Translations under genes and position numbers: made by a program
In this document: piece after piece, positions 36,690-45,576 of the stretch
How positions within the stretch are numbered: position 1 is the first letter of the stretch
Layout of the letters: the number at the start of each line of letters is the position of its first letter
The notes under the pieces: model-generated
Databases searched by the model: none
Told to the model about the DNA's origin: nothing
What the model saw: the letters and a program-made list of their open reading frames with translations, nothing else
DNA from: an uncultured Thermodesulfovibrio sp.
GTDB lineage: Bacteria > Nitrospirota > Thermodesulfovibrionia > Thermodesulfovibrionales > UBA6898
Length of the DNA: 64,000 bases
NCBI GenBank assembly: GCA_964499365.1
Contig: CAZCKU010000014.1
Coordinates: 27,136 to 91,135, forward strand
Reading direction: 5' to 3'

Positions 36690-38084
36690 ATGAGCATACC
36701 GGTTATTTTTTACGATAATACAGAAGACTATGTTCCCGATTTTACGCTGGAGCAGCTGCTTTCGGCCCACCGGATAAAGATGTTTTACCGCTTTTCGGAG
36801 GGGTGGGTCACCGTGGAGGCAGGGCTGCTGAGGGGGAAGGGCGGACGATCCGCGGGGACCTCTCCGGAGAATTATCCGGAGGCTTGTGTAACTGCCCGTT
36901 CAGGTGCTTATTCGGGTACCTATGCTGGGCCTGAGAGAAGAATGGGCGGCCGGCAGTATGAGACCGGGAGGGAGCAGCTTGAGTTGTGGAGCAGCAGGGA
37001 GCTGATCAGGCGGATCTACGAGGATTCACCTGTCGGGATAGGGCTCTGCGACTCCTTCGGAAAGCTGCTCGATGCAAACAGGTCCTACCTCGAACTCTTC
37101 GGACTGGATGCGATATCCGGGGCAGGTGCGTTCAATCTCTTTATCGACCCCGCTATCCCGTCCGATCTCAAGGACCGCATGCGCTGCGGCGAAACGGTCC
37201 GCTGCCGCCTGGTCGTGGACTTTGATCAGGTCCGTACAAGCGGTCTCTATGAAACGGGCAAGTCCGGGGTGATCACTCTGGAGATGCTGGTCTCCCCGAT
37301 CGTTGTCGCCTCCCCGGGCATGTGCCTCTATGTCGTTCAGGTGCATGACATAAGCCTTCAAAGGGAGGCGGAGGAGAAGGTCCAGACGATACAGCAGAGT
37401 GCAGCGATCGTGGTCGAGGCCGCTGCCCTGGCTGATGATCTCAATAATCTGCTGCAGGTTGTCCTGGGCAATATCTACCTGGCACGGCAGCTCGAGACAC
37501 CGGGCCGCGAGACAGCGAAATTTCTTGAGAGGGCCGAAACTGCCTCCCTGAGTGCAACGGCCCTGACCGCCCGTCTGACCGCCTTCCCGTGCATCGGGAT
37601 GCGGGACAGGGCGGCTGCCTTTTCCGATTCCTCCCGAACTGGTCAAGAGTCAGGGGACGACGGGTCAGGACATGAAAAAGCAGCCAGGACACCGGGTGAG
37701 GCCGGGAGGGTCCTGGTCATGGACGATACTGAGTCAGTCCGCAGAATCGCAGGAGCCTTCCTGATCCGGCTCGGGTATGCAGTGGAGTTTGCACAGGACG
37801 GTGATGAAGCAATTAGGATCTACGAGGCGGCGGACCGCGAGGGGAAGCCCTTTGACGTCGTGCTCCTGGATCTGACGGTGGCAGGGGGCAGGGGTGCCAG
37901 GGAGACCATCGGCAAAATGCTGGAACGGGATCCCGATGTCCGGGCGATCGTCTCAAGCGGGTACCATGACGACCCGGTCATGGCAGCGTTCAGTACGTAT
38001 GGTTTCAGTGGGGCGATTGCCAAACCCTATACCCTGGAGGAATTGGGCAGGACCGTCTCGATGGTCAAACACCGGCGAGCATGA
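36690..38084 (+). CDS. PAS / degenerate DHp (His->Asp, no ATPase domain) / REC signalling protein
   Basis: AGGAGG RBS. PAS around SPVGIGLCDSFGKLLDANRSYLELFG. AAALADDLNNLLQVVLGNIYLAR aligns to H-boxes such as GIAHEYNNALTAINGNIGLAK, with Asp at the His position. No N/G boxes. C-terminal receiver VLVMDD...VLLDLTV...KPY. Confidence 0.75.
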   Translation: MSIPVIFYDNTEDYVPDFTLEQLLSAHRIKMFYRFSEGWVTVEAGLLRGKGGRSAGTSPENYPEACVTARSGAYSGTYAGPERRMGGRQYETGREQLELWSSRELIRRIYEDSPVGIGLCDSFGKLLDANRSYLELFGLDAISGAGAFNLFIDPAIPSDLKDRMRCGETVRCRLVVDFDQVRTSGLYETGKSGVITLEMLVSPIVVASPGMCLYVVQVHDISLQREAEEKVQTIQQSAAIVVEAAALADDLNNLLQVVLGNIYLARQLETPGRETAKFLERAETASLSATALTARLTAFPCIGMRDRAAAFSDSSRTGQESGDDGSGHEKAARTPGEAGRVLVMDDTESVRRIAGAFLIRLGYAVEFAQDGDEAIRIYEAADREGKPFDVVLLDLTVAGGRGARETIGKMLERDPDVRAIVSSGYHDDPVMAAFSTYGFSGAIAKPYTLEELGRTVSMVKHRRA

Positions 38085-38162
38085 CGCCTGTGCGGTTTTT
38101 CCATCTGTTCCTGACAGTCCGGTTTCTGTAACGGCGACAGTACGGTTGCAGGAGGTGATCAC

Positions 38163-38351
38163 ATGAAAAAAATGAAGACAGTCTGCTGCCCCTTTCTGGA
38201 CAGTTCGGGAGCACGCTGCAGTGCCGACTCCGAGACATATATCCCGAGTCATTCCGAGCTCCGGGCATATTGCCGGCAGCGTGACCACACAAAATGTCCC
38301 TTCTATCTGAATCTCCACGTCTGGATGTTTCTGAATTCGGAACCTTTCTAG
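38163..38351 (+). CDS. Cys-rich miniprotein (62 aa), function unknown
   Basis: Strong AGGAGG RBS 7 nt upstream. Cys/His pattern CC-x10-C-x19-C-x7-C, with His residues nearby (CCPFLDSSGARC...YCRQRDHTKCPFY). Confidence 0.4.
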   Translation: MKKMKTVCCPFLDSSGARCSADSETYIPSHSELRAYCRQRDHTKCPFYLNLHVWMFLNSEPF

Positions 38352-38600
38352 CAGACGCGTGAGAAGTCCGATGTCCTGAGGACTTTCGCCGTTGCCGCGG
38401 TGGCAGGGACGGATGCGCGCAGCGTCCGGACGCGGGAACAACGCTCAGATGATCTCCGCTGTTACCGGTATCTTCCCCACCTCTTCTCCTGTATCCATTC
38501 GCAACAAAATCCACCCGAATGCTGTAACGATACGATACACCTTTATTCAGGAAATCAGAGAGCTTACGCCGCAACCCTCCGTTTTAAAGCCTGTAACGTC

Positions 38601-38615
38601 TGGCACATTATTTGT
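38601..38615 (+). promoter_or_regulatory. sigma-54 (-24/-12) promoter candidate for the CDP-sugar/export operon
   Basis: TGGCAC-ATTAT-TTGT: a perfect -24 element with correct spacing and a TGT instead of TGC at -12. Located in the 425-bp gap, ~160 nt upstream of rfbF. Confidence 0.5.
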
Positions 38616-38777
38616 TATATCTTTTAAGAGTTCCTGAAGCAAAGCCTCGACAGGCCTGGAAGTATTACCCTGCAGGTTACCCGGATGTAACCGAGCAGGC
38701 GGAGCATTGCAGGAACCCCGCAGACATACCATCGTATAAACCACCTAAACAGCCGATACGGAGAAAGGAAAATCCTG

Positions 38778-39548
38778 ATGAAAGCGGTGATACTTGCCGG
38801 TGGTTATGGCACGAGACTGTTGGAAGAGACCGTATCACGGCCGAAGCCGATGGTGGAGATCGGCGGCAAACCGATCCTGTGGCATATCATGAACTGCTAT
38901 GCGGTGCATGGGATCACCGAATTCATTATCGCGGCTGGCTATAAGGCGGAGGTGGTCAAAAAATATTTTCTGAACTTTTATGCCATCAATAACGATATTA
39001 CGGTCGATTTATCGACCGGCGAAACCATTATTCACGACGGCAACCAGCCGAAGTGGAAGATCCATGTTGTCGACACGGGACTCGGGACGCAGACGGGGGG
39101 ACGCCTGAAGCGCCTCGGGGCATGGCTCGCAGACGAGGAATGCTTTATGTTTACCTATGGGGACGGTGTTGCCGATATCAATATTCAGGAGCTGCTTGCA
39201 TACCACAGGACACACGGCAAGCTTGCGACGGTTACTACGGTGCGGTCCCCGGCGCGCTTCGGCCGGATAGCCTTTCAGGGAGACAGGGTCACGGATTTTT
39301 ATGAAAAGCCGGAATCGGCCGAGGGCTGGATCAACGGCGGGTATTTTATCCTCTCACCCCGGGTTATTGATTACATAGACAATGATGAGACCATCTGGGA
39401 GCGCGATCCCATAGAACGCCTCGCCCGCGACGGACAGCTGATGGGGTATCGCCACTTCGGTTTCTGGTCATGCATGGATACGCTGAGGGAGAAAAATACC
39501 CTTGAAGATATATGGAATTCGGGCAAGGCCCCCTGGAAAACCTGGTGA
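38778..39548 (+). CDS. rfbF: glucose-1-phosphate cytidylyltransferase
   Basis: MKAVILAGGYGTRLLEETVSRPKPMVEIGGKPILWHIM is the canonical RfbF/DdhA N-terminus. 256 aa. Confidence 0.9.
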   Translation: MKAVILAGGYGTRLLEETVSRPKPMVEIGGKPILWHIMNCYAVHGITEFIIAAGYKAEVVKKYFLNFYAINNDITVDLSTGETIIHDGNQPKWKIHVVDTGLGTQTGGRLKRLGAWLADEECFMFTYGDGVADINIQELLAYHRTHGKLATVTTVRSPARFGRIAFQGDRVTDFYEKPESAEGWINGGYFILSPRVIDYIDNDETIWERDPIERLARDGQLMGYRHFGFWSCMDTLREKNTLEDIWNSGKAPWKTW

Positions 39549-40648
39549 TGCAGAACTTCTGGAAGGGAAAAAAAGTGCTGATTACGGGGCACACCGGCTT
39601 TAAAGGAAGCTGGCTTGCACTCTGGCTGCAGCATCTGGGTGCGGAGGTGATCGGGTATGCACTGCCTCCTGCGACAACCCCCTGTCTGTTTGAAGCCGTG
39701 AAGATCGCCCCGGACATAACATCCTGCCTCGGTGATATCAGGGACCTGCAGCAACTCGAACAGACCGTGAACACACACCGGCCTGAAATTATTCTTCACC
39801 TGGCAGCCCAGGCGCTGGTCCGGTATTCCTATGCTCATCCCCTGGAGACATACACCGTCAATGTCATCGGGACAGCAAATATCCTTGAAGCGGCCAGAAG
39901 GACCGGAGCTGCGAGAGTCGTCATCATTGTCACGAGCGATAAATGCTATGAAAACAGGGAATGGGTCTGGGGCTACCGGGAATCCGATCCTCTAGGCGGC
40001 CATGATCCCTATTCGAGCAGCAAGGGATGCGCTGAAATTATTACGGCTGCCTATCAGAAATCCTATTTCGATGCCGCTCGTTACGAACAACACGGATCAG
40101 CGGTGGCCAGTGTTCGCGCCGGGAACGTGATCGGCGGGGGTGACTGGTCAGAAGACAGGATCGTCCCTGATATCATGCGGGCGTTTATGGCCGGTAGTTC
40201 AGTCACGCTCCGTAATCCGCGTGCTGTCCGGCCTTGGCAGTTTGTCCTGGAGCCTCTCTATGGATATCTCCTCCTTGCCGAACGGCTCTGGTACGAAGGT
40301 CCGAAGTTCTCTGGCGCGTGGAATTTTGGACCTGACCAGGAACATGCCCGTCCGGTCTCATGGCTGGTTGAGCGGCTGCAGGAGTTGTGGGAGATGAAGG
40401 GCCCGTGGGAACTGGATAGAAAACAGCATCCTCAGGAGACCAGGTATCTGAAGCTCGACAGCTCGAAGGCCGGCGCGCTGCTCGGGTGGTCGACAAAACT
40501 GGACCTTCCGGAGACTCTTCATCTCACGTCGGACTGGTACCGGGCATACCAGCAGGGCAGGGACATGAGGGAGTTCTCCGTGGCACAGATCGATACATTC
40601 TCAAAAGACCTTCGGGTCAGGGTGGAAGATGCACTCCCCTGCATGTAG
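39548..40648 (+). CDS. rfbG: CDP-glucose 4,6-dehydratase
   Basis: Trimmed to the ATG at 39548 (TGATG overlap with rfbF). KVLITGHTGFKGSWLALWL, YSSSKGCAE (YxxxK), RPWQFVLEPL. Confidence 0.85.
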   Translation: MQNFWKGKKVLITGHTGFKGSWLALWLQHLGAEVIGYALPPATTPCLFEAVKIAPDITSCLGDIRDLQQLEQTVNTHRPEIILHLAAQALVRYSYAHPLETYTVNVIGTANILEAARRTGAARVVIIVTSDKCYENREWVWGYRESDPLGGHDPYSSSKGCAEIITAAYQKSYFDAARYEQHGSAVASVRAGNVIGGGDWSEDRIVPDIMRAFMAGSSVTLRNPRAVRPWQFVLEPLYGYLLLAERLWYEGPKFSGAWNFGPDQEHARPVSWLVERLQELWEMKGPWELDRKQHPQETRYLKLDSSKAGALLGWSTKLDLPETLHLTSDWYRAYQQGRDMREFSVAQIDTFSKDLRVRVEDALPCM

Positions 40649-41864
40649 GTTCTGCGGGAACAGTCTGACGACGACCTTTGTCGATCTCGGGGGCTCTCCG
40701 CTGTCGAATTCGTATCTTTGCGCAGAAGGCCTCAGACTGATGGAGCCTTTTTATCCCCTGCATCTCTATGTCTGTGATACGTGTTTTCTGGTGCAGCTGC
40801 CCGAGACGCTTTCACCGAAGCATATTTTCAGCGACTATGCATATTTTTCATCATATTCGGCTTCGTGGCTGAAGCACGCGCAGGATTACCGTGACCGTAT
40901 GATCGGACGCTTCGGGTTTGACCGGTCGAGTCAGGTCATCGAACTCGCGAGCAACGACGGTTACCTGCTCCAATACTTCAGGGAGAAGGCCATCCCGGTT
41001 CTGGGTATTGAACCTGCAGAGAACGTGGCGAAGGTGGCCATGGGTGCGGGCATTCCGACTCTGGTCAAATTCTTTGGCACGAATACAGCAAGAGAGCTGA
41101 CTGCTGAGGGGACCGTGGCAGACCTCCTGATCGGCAATAACGTATTGGCGCATGTGCCTGACATCAATGATTTTGTCGCCGGCATGAAGATCGTCCTCAA
41201 ACCACATGGCATTATCACGATGGAATTTCCGCATCTGGAACGCCTGATGGAGGAAACGCAGTTTGATACGATCTATCACGAGCACTTTTCCTATTTCTCC
41301 TTCATTACCGTCGAAAAGATATTCTCGGGCCACGGACTGACCATCTTTGACGTCGAGGAACTGCCGACGCACGGGGGGTCCCTTCGCATCTATGCCCGTC
41401 ATACTGAGGATTCCTCCCAGCCGGTTGTGGGCAGGGTTGCTGATCTGTTAAGCCGGGAGCAGGCCGGTGGCTTTACGGAAACCGGGCACTACCTCTCCTT
41501 CGCCGAAAGGGTCAAAGAGACAAAGAGGAACGTACTGTCGTTCCTGATCGATGCAAAGCAGCAGGGGAAATCGATTGTGGGCTATGGAGCCCCGGCAAAA
41601 GGGAACACCCTGCTGAACTATTGCGGCATACGCTCCGATTTCATCGACTATACCGTGGACCGGAGCCCCCACAAGCAGGGTCTCTATCTGCCGGGTGTCC
41701 ATATCCCCATTTATGCGCCGGAACGCATCAGTGAGACCAGGCCGGATTACGTAGTGATCCTTCCCTGGAACCTGAGGGATGAGATCATGGAGCAGATGTC
41801 TCATATTCGGTCATGGGGGGGGCAATTTGTGGTGTTCGTACCGGAAGTGAAGGTGTATTCGTGA
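40629..41864 (+). CDS. NDP-hexose C-methyltransferase (TylCIII-like; Zn-ribbon + class I SAM MTase + C-terminal domain)
   Basis: CRFCGNSL...YVCDTCFLVQLPE zinc-binding N-terminus. ELASNDGYLL SAM motif. EHFSYFS motif typical of sugar C-methyltransferases. Confidence 0.75.
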   Translation: MHSPACRFCGNSLTTTFVDLGGSPLSNSYLCAEGLRLMEPFYPLHLYVCDTCFLVQLPETLSPKHIFSDYAYFSSYSASWLKHAQDYRDRMIGRFGFDRSSQVIELASNDGYLLQYFREKAIPVLGIEPAENVAKVAMGAGIPTLVKFFGTNTARELTAEGTVADLLIGNNVLAHVPDINDFVAGMKIVLKPHGIITMEFPHLERLMEETQFDTIYHEHFSYFSFITVEKIFSGHGLTIFDVEELPTHGGSLRIYARHTEDSSQPVVGRVADLLSREQAGGFTETGHYLSFAERVKETKRNVLSFLIDAKQQGKSIVGYGAPAKGNTLLNYCGIRSDFIDYTVDRSPHKQGLYLPGVHIPIYAPERISETRPDYVVILPWNLRDEIMEQMSHIRSWGGQFVVFVPEVKVYS

Positions 41865-42406
41865 TATTCAGGGAAACAAGGCTGAAGGGGGCCTACCGGA
41901 TAGACCTGGAAAGGTTTGAGGATGACAGGGGCTTTTTTGCCCGGACGTTCTGTCAGCGCGAGTTTGCGCAGATGGGTCTGAAGCCGGGATTCGTTCAGTG
42001 CAATACATCGGTCAGCCTGAAAAAGGGTGTCCTGCGGGGTATGCACTATCAGAAGAGACCGCATGAAGAGGCAAAACTGGTCAGATGCACCAGGGGCGCG
42101 ATCTGGGACGTCATCATCGACCTCAGGGAAGGCTCGGAAACCTTCACCCAGTGGGTCTCTGCGGAACTGACGCAGGAAAACGGCAGAATGCTCTATATTC
42201 CCGAAGGTTTTGCCCACGGGTTCCAGACCCTGAGCGATGATACCGAAGTTCTCTATCAGATGTCTGAATTTCATGTGCCCGATTGTGCCCGGGGTGTCAG
42301 ATGGGATGATCCGGCCTTCGGGATCCTCTGGCCGGAAAAGGTTACCCTTATCTCCGAAAAAGACCGCAGCTATCCGGATTTCGGGCCGGATTTCGGGCGC
42401 AGATGA
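41861..42406 (+). CDS. NDP-4-keto-6-deoxyhexose 3,5-epimerase (RfbC-like cupin)
   Basis: Trimmed to the GTG at 41861 (GTGA overlap with the upstream stop). DDRGFFARTF...RGMHYQ...AKLVRC..G.IWDV..D.R. Also a YIPEGFAHGF motif. Confidence 0.75.
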   Translation: MIFRETRLKGAYRIDLERFEDDRGFFARTFCQREFAQMGLKPGFVQCNTSVSLKKGVLRGMHYQKRPHEEAKLVRCTRGAIWDVIIDLREGSETFTQWVSAELTQENGRMLYIPEGFAHGFQTLSDDTEVLYQMSEFHVPDCARGVRWDDPAFGILWPEKVTLISEKDRSYPDFGPDFGRR

Positions 42407-43686
42407 AAGACATCGGCAGGGAAATGCATGCCTTGCTCTCGGTGCTTTATCCGATCACCCGGAGCATAACCGGAAACGGTGTCAGGGAGACTCTGTCGGT
42501 CCTCGGGCAGCATATTCCTCTGTCGGTCCGCGAGGTCCCCTCAGGGACAAAGGTCTTCGACTGGACTGTGCCGAACGAGTGGAATATCAGGGATGCCTTT
42601 GTAAAGAATTCGGCCGGTGAAAAGATCATCGATATCATGAAAAACAACCTCCATGTCCTGAGTTACAGCTCACCGGTTTCGAAGAGGGTATCCCTCTCCG
42701 GGCTGAGGGAGCATCTGTTTACTGATCCCGCACATCCGGACTGGATCCCGTACAGGACATCGTACTATTCGGAAAACTGGGGTTTCTGTATCAGCCATAA
42801 CCAATATGCCGAACTCCGGGAAGACGAATATGAAGTCGTCATTGATTCCACACTTGAGAGTGGACATCTGACGTACGGAGAGTATTTCATCCAGGGGATT
42901 ACCCCTCAGGAGATATTGATATCAACGCATATCTGTCACCCCTCTTTGTGCAATGACAATCTTTCCGGGATCGCCCTGGCTGTTTATCTTGCCAAAGAGG
43001 TTGCAAGACTTCCCCGCAGATATTCGTATCGCTTTCTCTTCATTCCGGGGACGATAGGCTCTATTGCGTGGCTCTCTTTGAATGAAGAGAAGCTGCCCGG
43101 GATAAAGCACGGCCTCGTGGCCGCATGTGTCGGTGACGGCGGACAATTCACGTACAAGAAGAGCCGCCGGGGTGACGCAGAGATCGACAGGGCCGTGACC
43201 CATGTGCTGAAGACGTCGGGACAGGCTTATGAAATTCAGGAGTTTGTCCCCTTTGGCTACGACGAGCGGCAGTACTGTTCGCCGGGGATCGATCTTCAGG
43301 TCGGCTGTCTCATGCGGACGCCCCACGGCCGTTATCCTGAATATCACACTTCGGCTGACAACCTCGATTTTGTGCGGCCGGAATTTCTCGACAAGTCCCT
43401 GATGCAGTATCTCGCGGTGTTCGATCTTCTTGAGAACAACAGAAGGTACCGCAATACGAATCCGAAATGCGAACCTCAGCTCGGCAGAAGGGGACTGTAC
43501 AACACGATCGGTGGTCAGTCTGATTCGCGGGAGAGGGAACTGGCCATGCTCTGGGTCCTGAACCTCTCCGACGGGAGCAATACACTGCTTGATATAGCCG
43601 AACGGTCGGGAATAGATTTCTCCATGCTGAAGGATGCAGCCGACATCCTCGCGAAATACGATCTGTTGACCGAGGCGCTGCAATGA
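42403..43686 (+). CDS. aminopeptidase-like DUF4910/DUF2172-type protein
   Basis: LYPITRSITGNGVRETL...FDWTVPNEWNI...CHPSLCNDNLSG matches the family I recall as DUF4910, common in O-antigen loci. ATGA overlap upstream. Confidence 0.6.
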   Translation: MKDIGREMHALLSVLYPITRSITGNGVRETLSVLGQHIPLSVREVPSGTKVFDWTVPNEWNIRDAFVKNSAGEKIIDIMKNNLHVLSYSSPVSKRVSLSGLREHLFTDPAHPDWIPYRTSYYSENWGFCISHNQYAELREDEYEVVIDSTLESGHLTYGEYFIQGITPQEILISTHICHPSLCNDNLSGIALAVYLAKEVARLPRRYSYRFLFIPGTIGSIAWLSLNEEKLPGIKHGLVAACVGDGGQFTYKKSRRGDAEIDRAVTHVLKTSGQAYEIQEFVPFGYDERQYCSPGIDLQVGCLMRTPHGRYPEYHTSADNLDFVRPEFLDKSLMQYLAVFDLLENNRRYRNTNPKCEPQLGRRGLYNTIGGQSDSRERELAMLWVLNLSDGSNTLLDIAERSGIDFSMLKDAADILAKYDLLTEALQ

Positions 43687-43717
43687 GAGGGTACTACCGC
43701 CGCCACGGGAGAGGCCG

Positions 43718-44674
43718 ATGACCGCCTCGCTGATTCTGTCAGGCCGGAGAGTTCTCGTTACCGGCGCGAGCGGTTTTATCGGGGCCCATTTGTGCCGCCG
43801 CCTTCTGAAAGAGAACGCAGAGGTGCATGCCGTCTCCAGGAATATGCTGAGCAGCGCTGATGCCCGCTTGCAGTGGCATCAGGGGGACCTTTCGGACGTC
43901 AGGGTTGTCAGGAGAATCCTGACAGCAGTCAGACCCGACATCATCTATCATCTGGCCAGCCACGTGGCCGGGGCCCGGGACCTGGATCTGGTCATCAGTA
44001 TGATGAACAACAATCTCTGCGCTGCCGTGAATATCATGACGGTCGCAACGGAAATCGGCTGCCGGCGAATTATCCTGGCCGGCTCCCTTGAAGAAGCCGA
44101 CAGCCAGGAAAGCCAGAACGTTCCAAGTTCGCCTTATGCGGCAGCCAAATGGGCATGCAGCGGGTATGCGAGGATGCTCTACGCCCTGTATAAGACTCCG
44201 GTGGTGGTCGCGCGGCTCTTCATGGTGTATGGACCTGGCCAGAGGGACCTCGGCAAGCTTGTGCCGTATGTCTCCCTGTCACTGCTTCGGGGGGAGTCTC
44301 CGAAACTGACAAACGGACAGAGGCAGGTGGACTGGATATATGTTGACGATGTCGTCGACGGGCTGGTCGCCATGGCAGATTCTTCGGGTATCGACGGCAG
44401 GACCATAGACCTTGGGTCCGGGGTCCTTGTCACGATTCGGGAGGTGGTGGATGAGATGGTCCAGCTGTTGAATTCACGAATTCAGCCTCTGTACGGTGCC
44501 CTGCAGGACAGGCCGATGGAGCAGGTGCGTATGGCCGATACGGCGGGGACTTTTGATGCCATCTACTGGAGGCCTCGGACAACTCTTGAGATCGGCCTGA
44601 CACAGACCATTGACTGGTATAGAAGGAGCCTTGATGAAGCAACACGCAATGAGCAGCAGGCATGTCCGAAATAA
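43718..44674 (+). CDS. NAD(P)-dependent sugar epimerase/reductase (extended SDR)
   Basis: VLVTGASGFIGAHLCRRL; YAAAKWACSGY (YxxxK). Probably the 4-ketoreductase of the CDP-sugar cassette. Confidence 0.75.
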   Translation: MTASLILSGRRVLVTGASGFIGAHLCRRLLKENAEVHAVSRNMLSSADARLQWHQGDLSDVRVVRRILTAVRPDIIYHLASHVAGARDLDLVISMMNNNLCAAVNIMTVATEIGCRRIILAGSLEEADSQESQNVPSSPYAAAKWACSGYARMLYALYKTPVVVARLFMVYGPGQRDLGKLVPYVSLSLLRGESPKLTNGQRQVDWIYVDDVVDGLVAMADSSGIDGRTIDLGSGVLVTIREVVDEMVQLLNSRIQPLYGALQDRPMEQVRMADTAGTFDAIYWRPRTTLEIGLTQTIDWYRRSLDEATRNEQQACPK

Positions 44675-44707
44675 CAGCCGTCGGGATGAGAGAGGGGAAA
44701 TGTTGTT

Positions 44708-45568
44708 ATGGAACCTAGCGCCGTTCAGAGTATAGAATCCTCAACCGATGCCCTGCTCATCAGGATCCAGCCGTCCCGCGGCCGGATTTCCCTGAATCTG
44801 AAGGGACTCTGGGAATACCGTGAGCTGATCTATTTCCTCATCTGGCGGGATATCAAGGTCCGCTACAAACAGACCGTGCTGGGCGCGGCCTGGGCGATTA
44901 TTCAGCCGTTTTTCACGATGGTCGTCTTCAGCGTCTTTTTCGGGCGCCTCGCCAAGATGCCCTCAGACGGGATACCGTATCCGATCTTCAGCTTTGCCGC
45001 CCTCGTACCGTGGACTTTTTTTGCGAACGGGCTGGGGAAGGCGTCGACCAGTATCGTCGGCAGTTCGAACCTGATCAGCAAGGTCTATTTCCCGCGGCTC
45101 TGCATTCCGATCGCCTCTATCCTGTCCGGCATACTCGATTTTGCCCTCGCCCTGACGGTCCTCATCGGAATGATGCATCATTACAATATCACCCCCACGG
45201 CGAATATTGTCTGGCTGCCGCTGCTGCTGGCCCTGGCCCTGACGACCTCGCTGGGTGTGTCCCTGTGGCTGTCCGCCCTGAATGTCCAGTTCAGGGATGT
45301 GCAGCATATTATTCCGTTCATTGTCCAGTTCTGGCTTTTCGCAACCCCGGTAGCCTACCCCAGCAGTCTGCTTTCAGAACCCTGGAGGACCCTCTATGGC
45401 ATCAACCCGATGGTCGGTGTTGTCGAAGGCTTCCGCTGGGCGCTCCTGGGCGTCAACACGGCGCCGGGCCCGGTCATCATGGTCTCGTCGCTCATCGCGG
45501 TCCTGCTGCTGATTACCGGTGCGCGCCATTTCCGGCGGATGGAAAAAACCTTTGCGGACATAGTCTAG
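44708..45568 (+). CDS. wzm: ABC-2 type polysaccharide export permease
   Basis: YRELIYFLIWRDIKVRYKQTVLGAAWAIIQPF signature. Six predicted TM helices. Confidence 0.8.
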   Translation: MEPSAVQSIESSTDALLIRIQPSRGRISLNLKGLWEYRELIYFLIWRDIKVRYKQTVLGAAWAIIQPFFTMVVFSVFFGRLAKMPSDGIPYPIFSFAALVPWTFFANGLGKASTSIVGSSNLISKVYFPRLCIPIASILSGILDFALALTVLIGMMHHYNITPTANIVWLPLLLALALTTSLGVSLWLSALNVQFRDVQHIIPFIVQFWLFATPVAYPSSLLSEPWRTLYGINPMVGVVEGFRWALLGVNTAPGPVIMVSSLIAVLLLITGARHFRRMEKTFADIV

Positions 45569-45576
45569 GTGATCAT

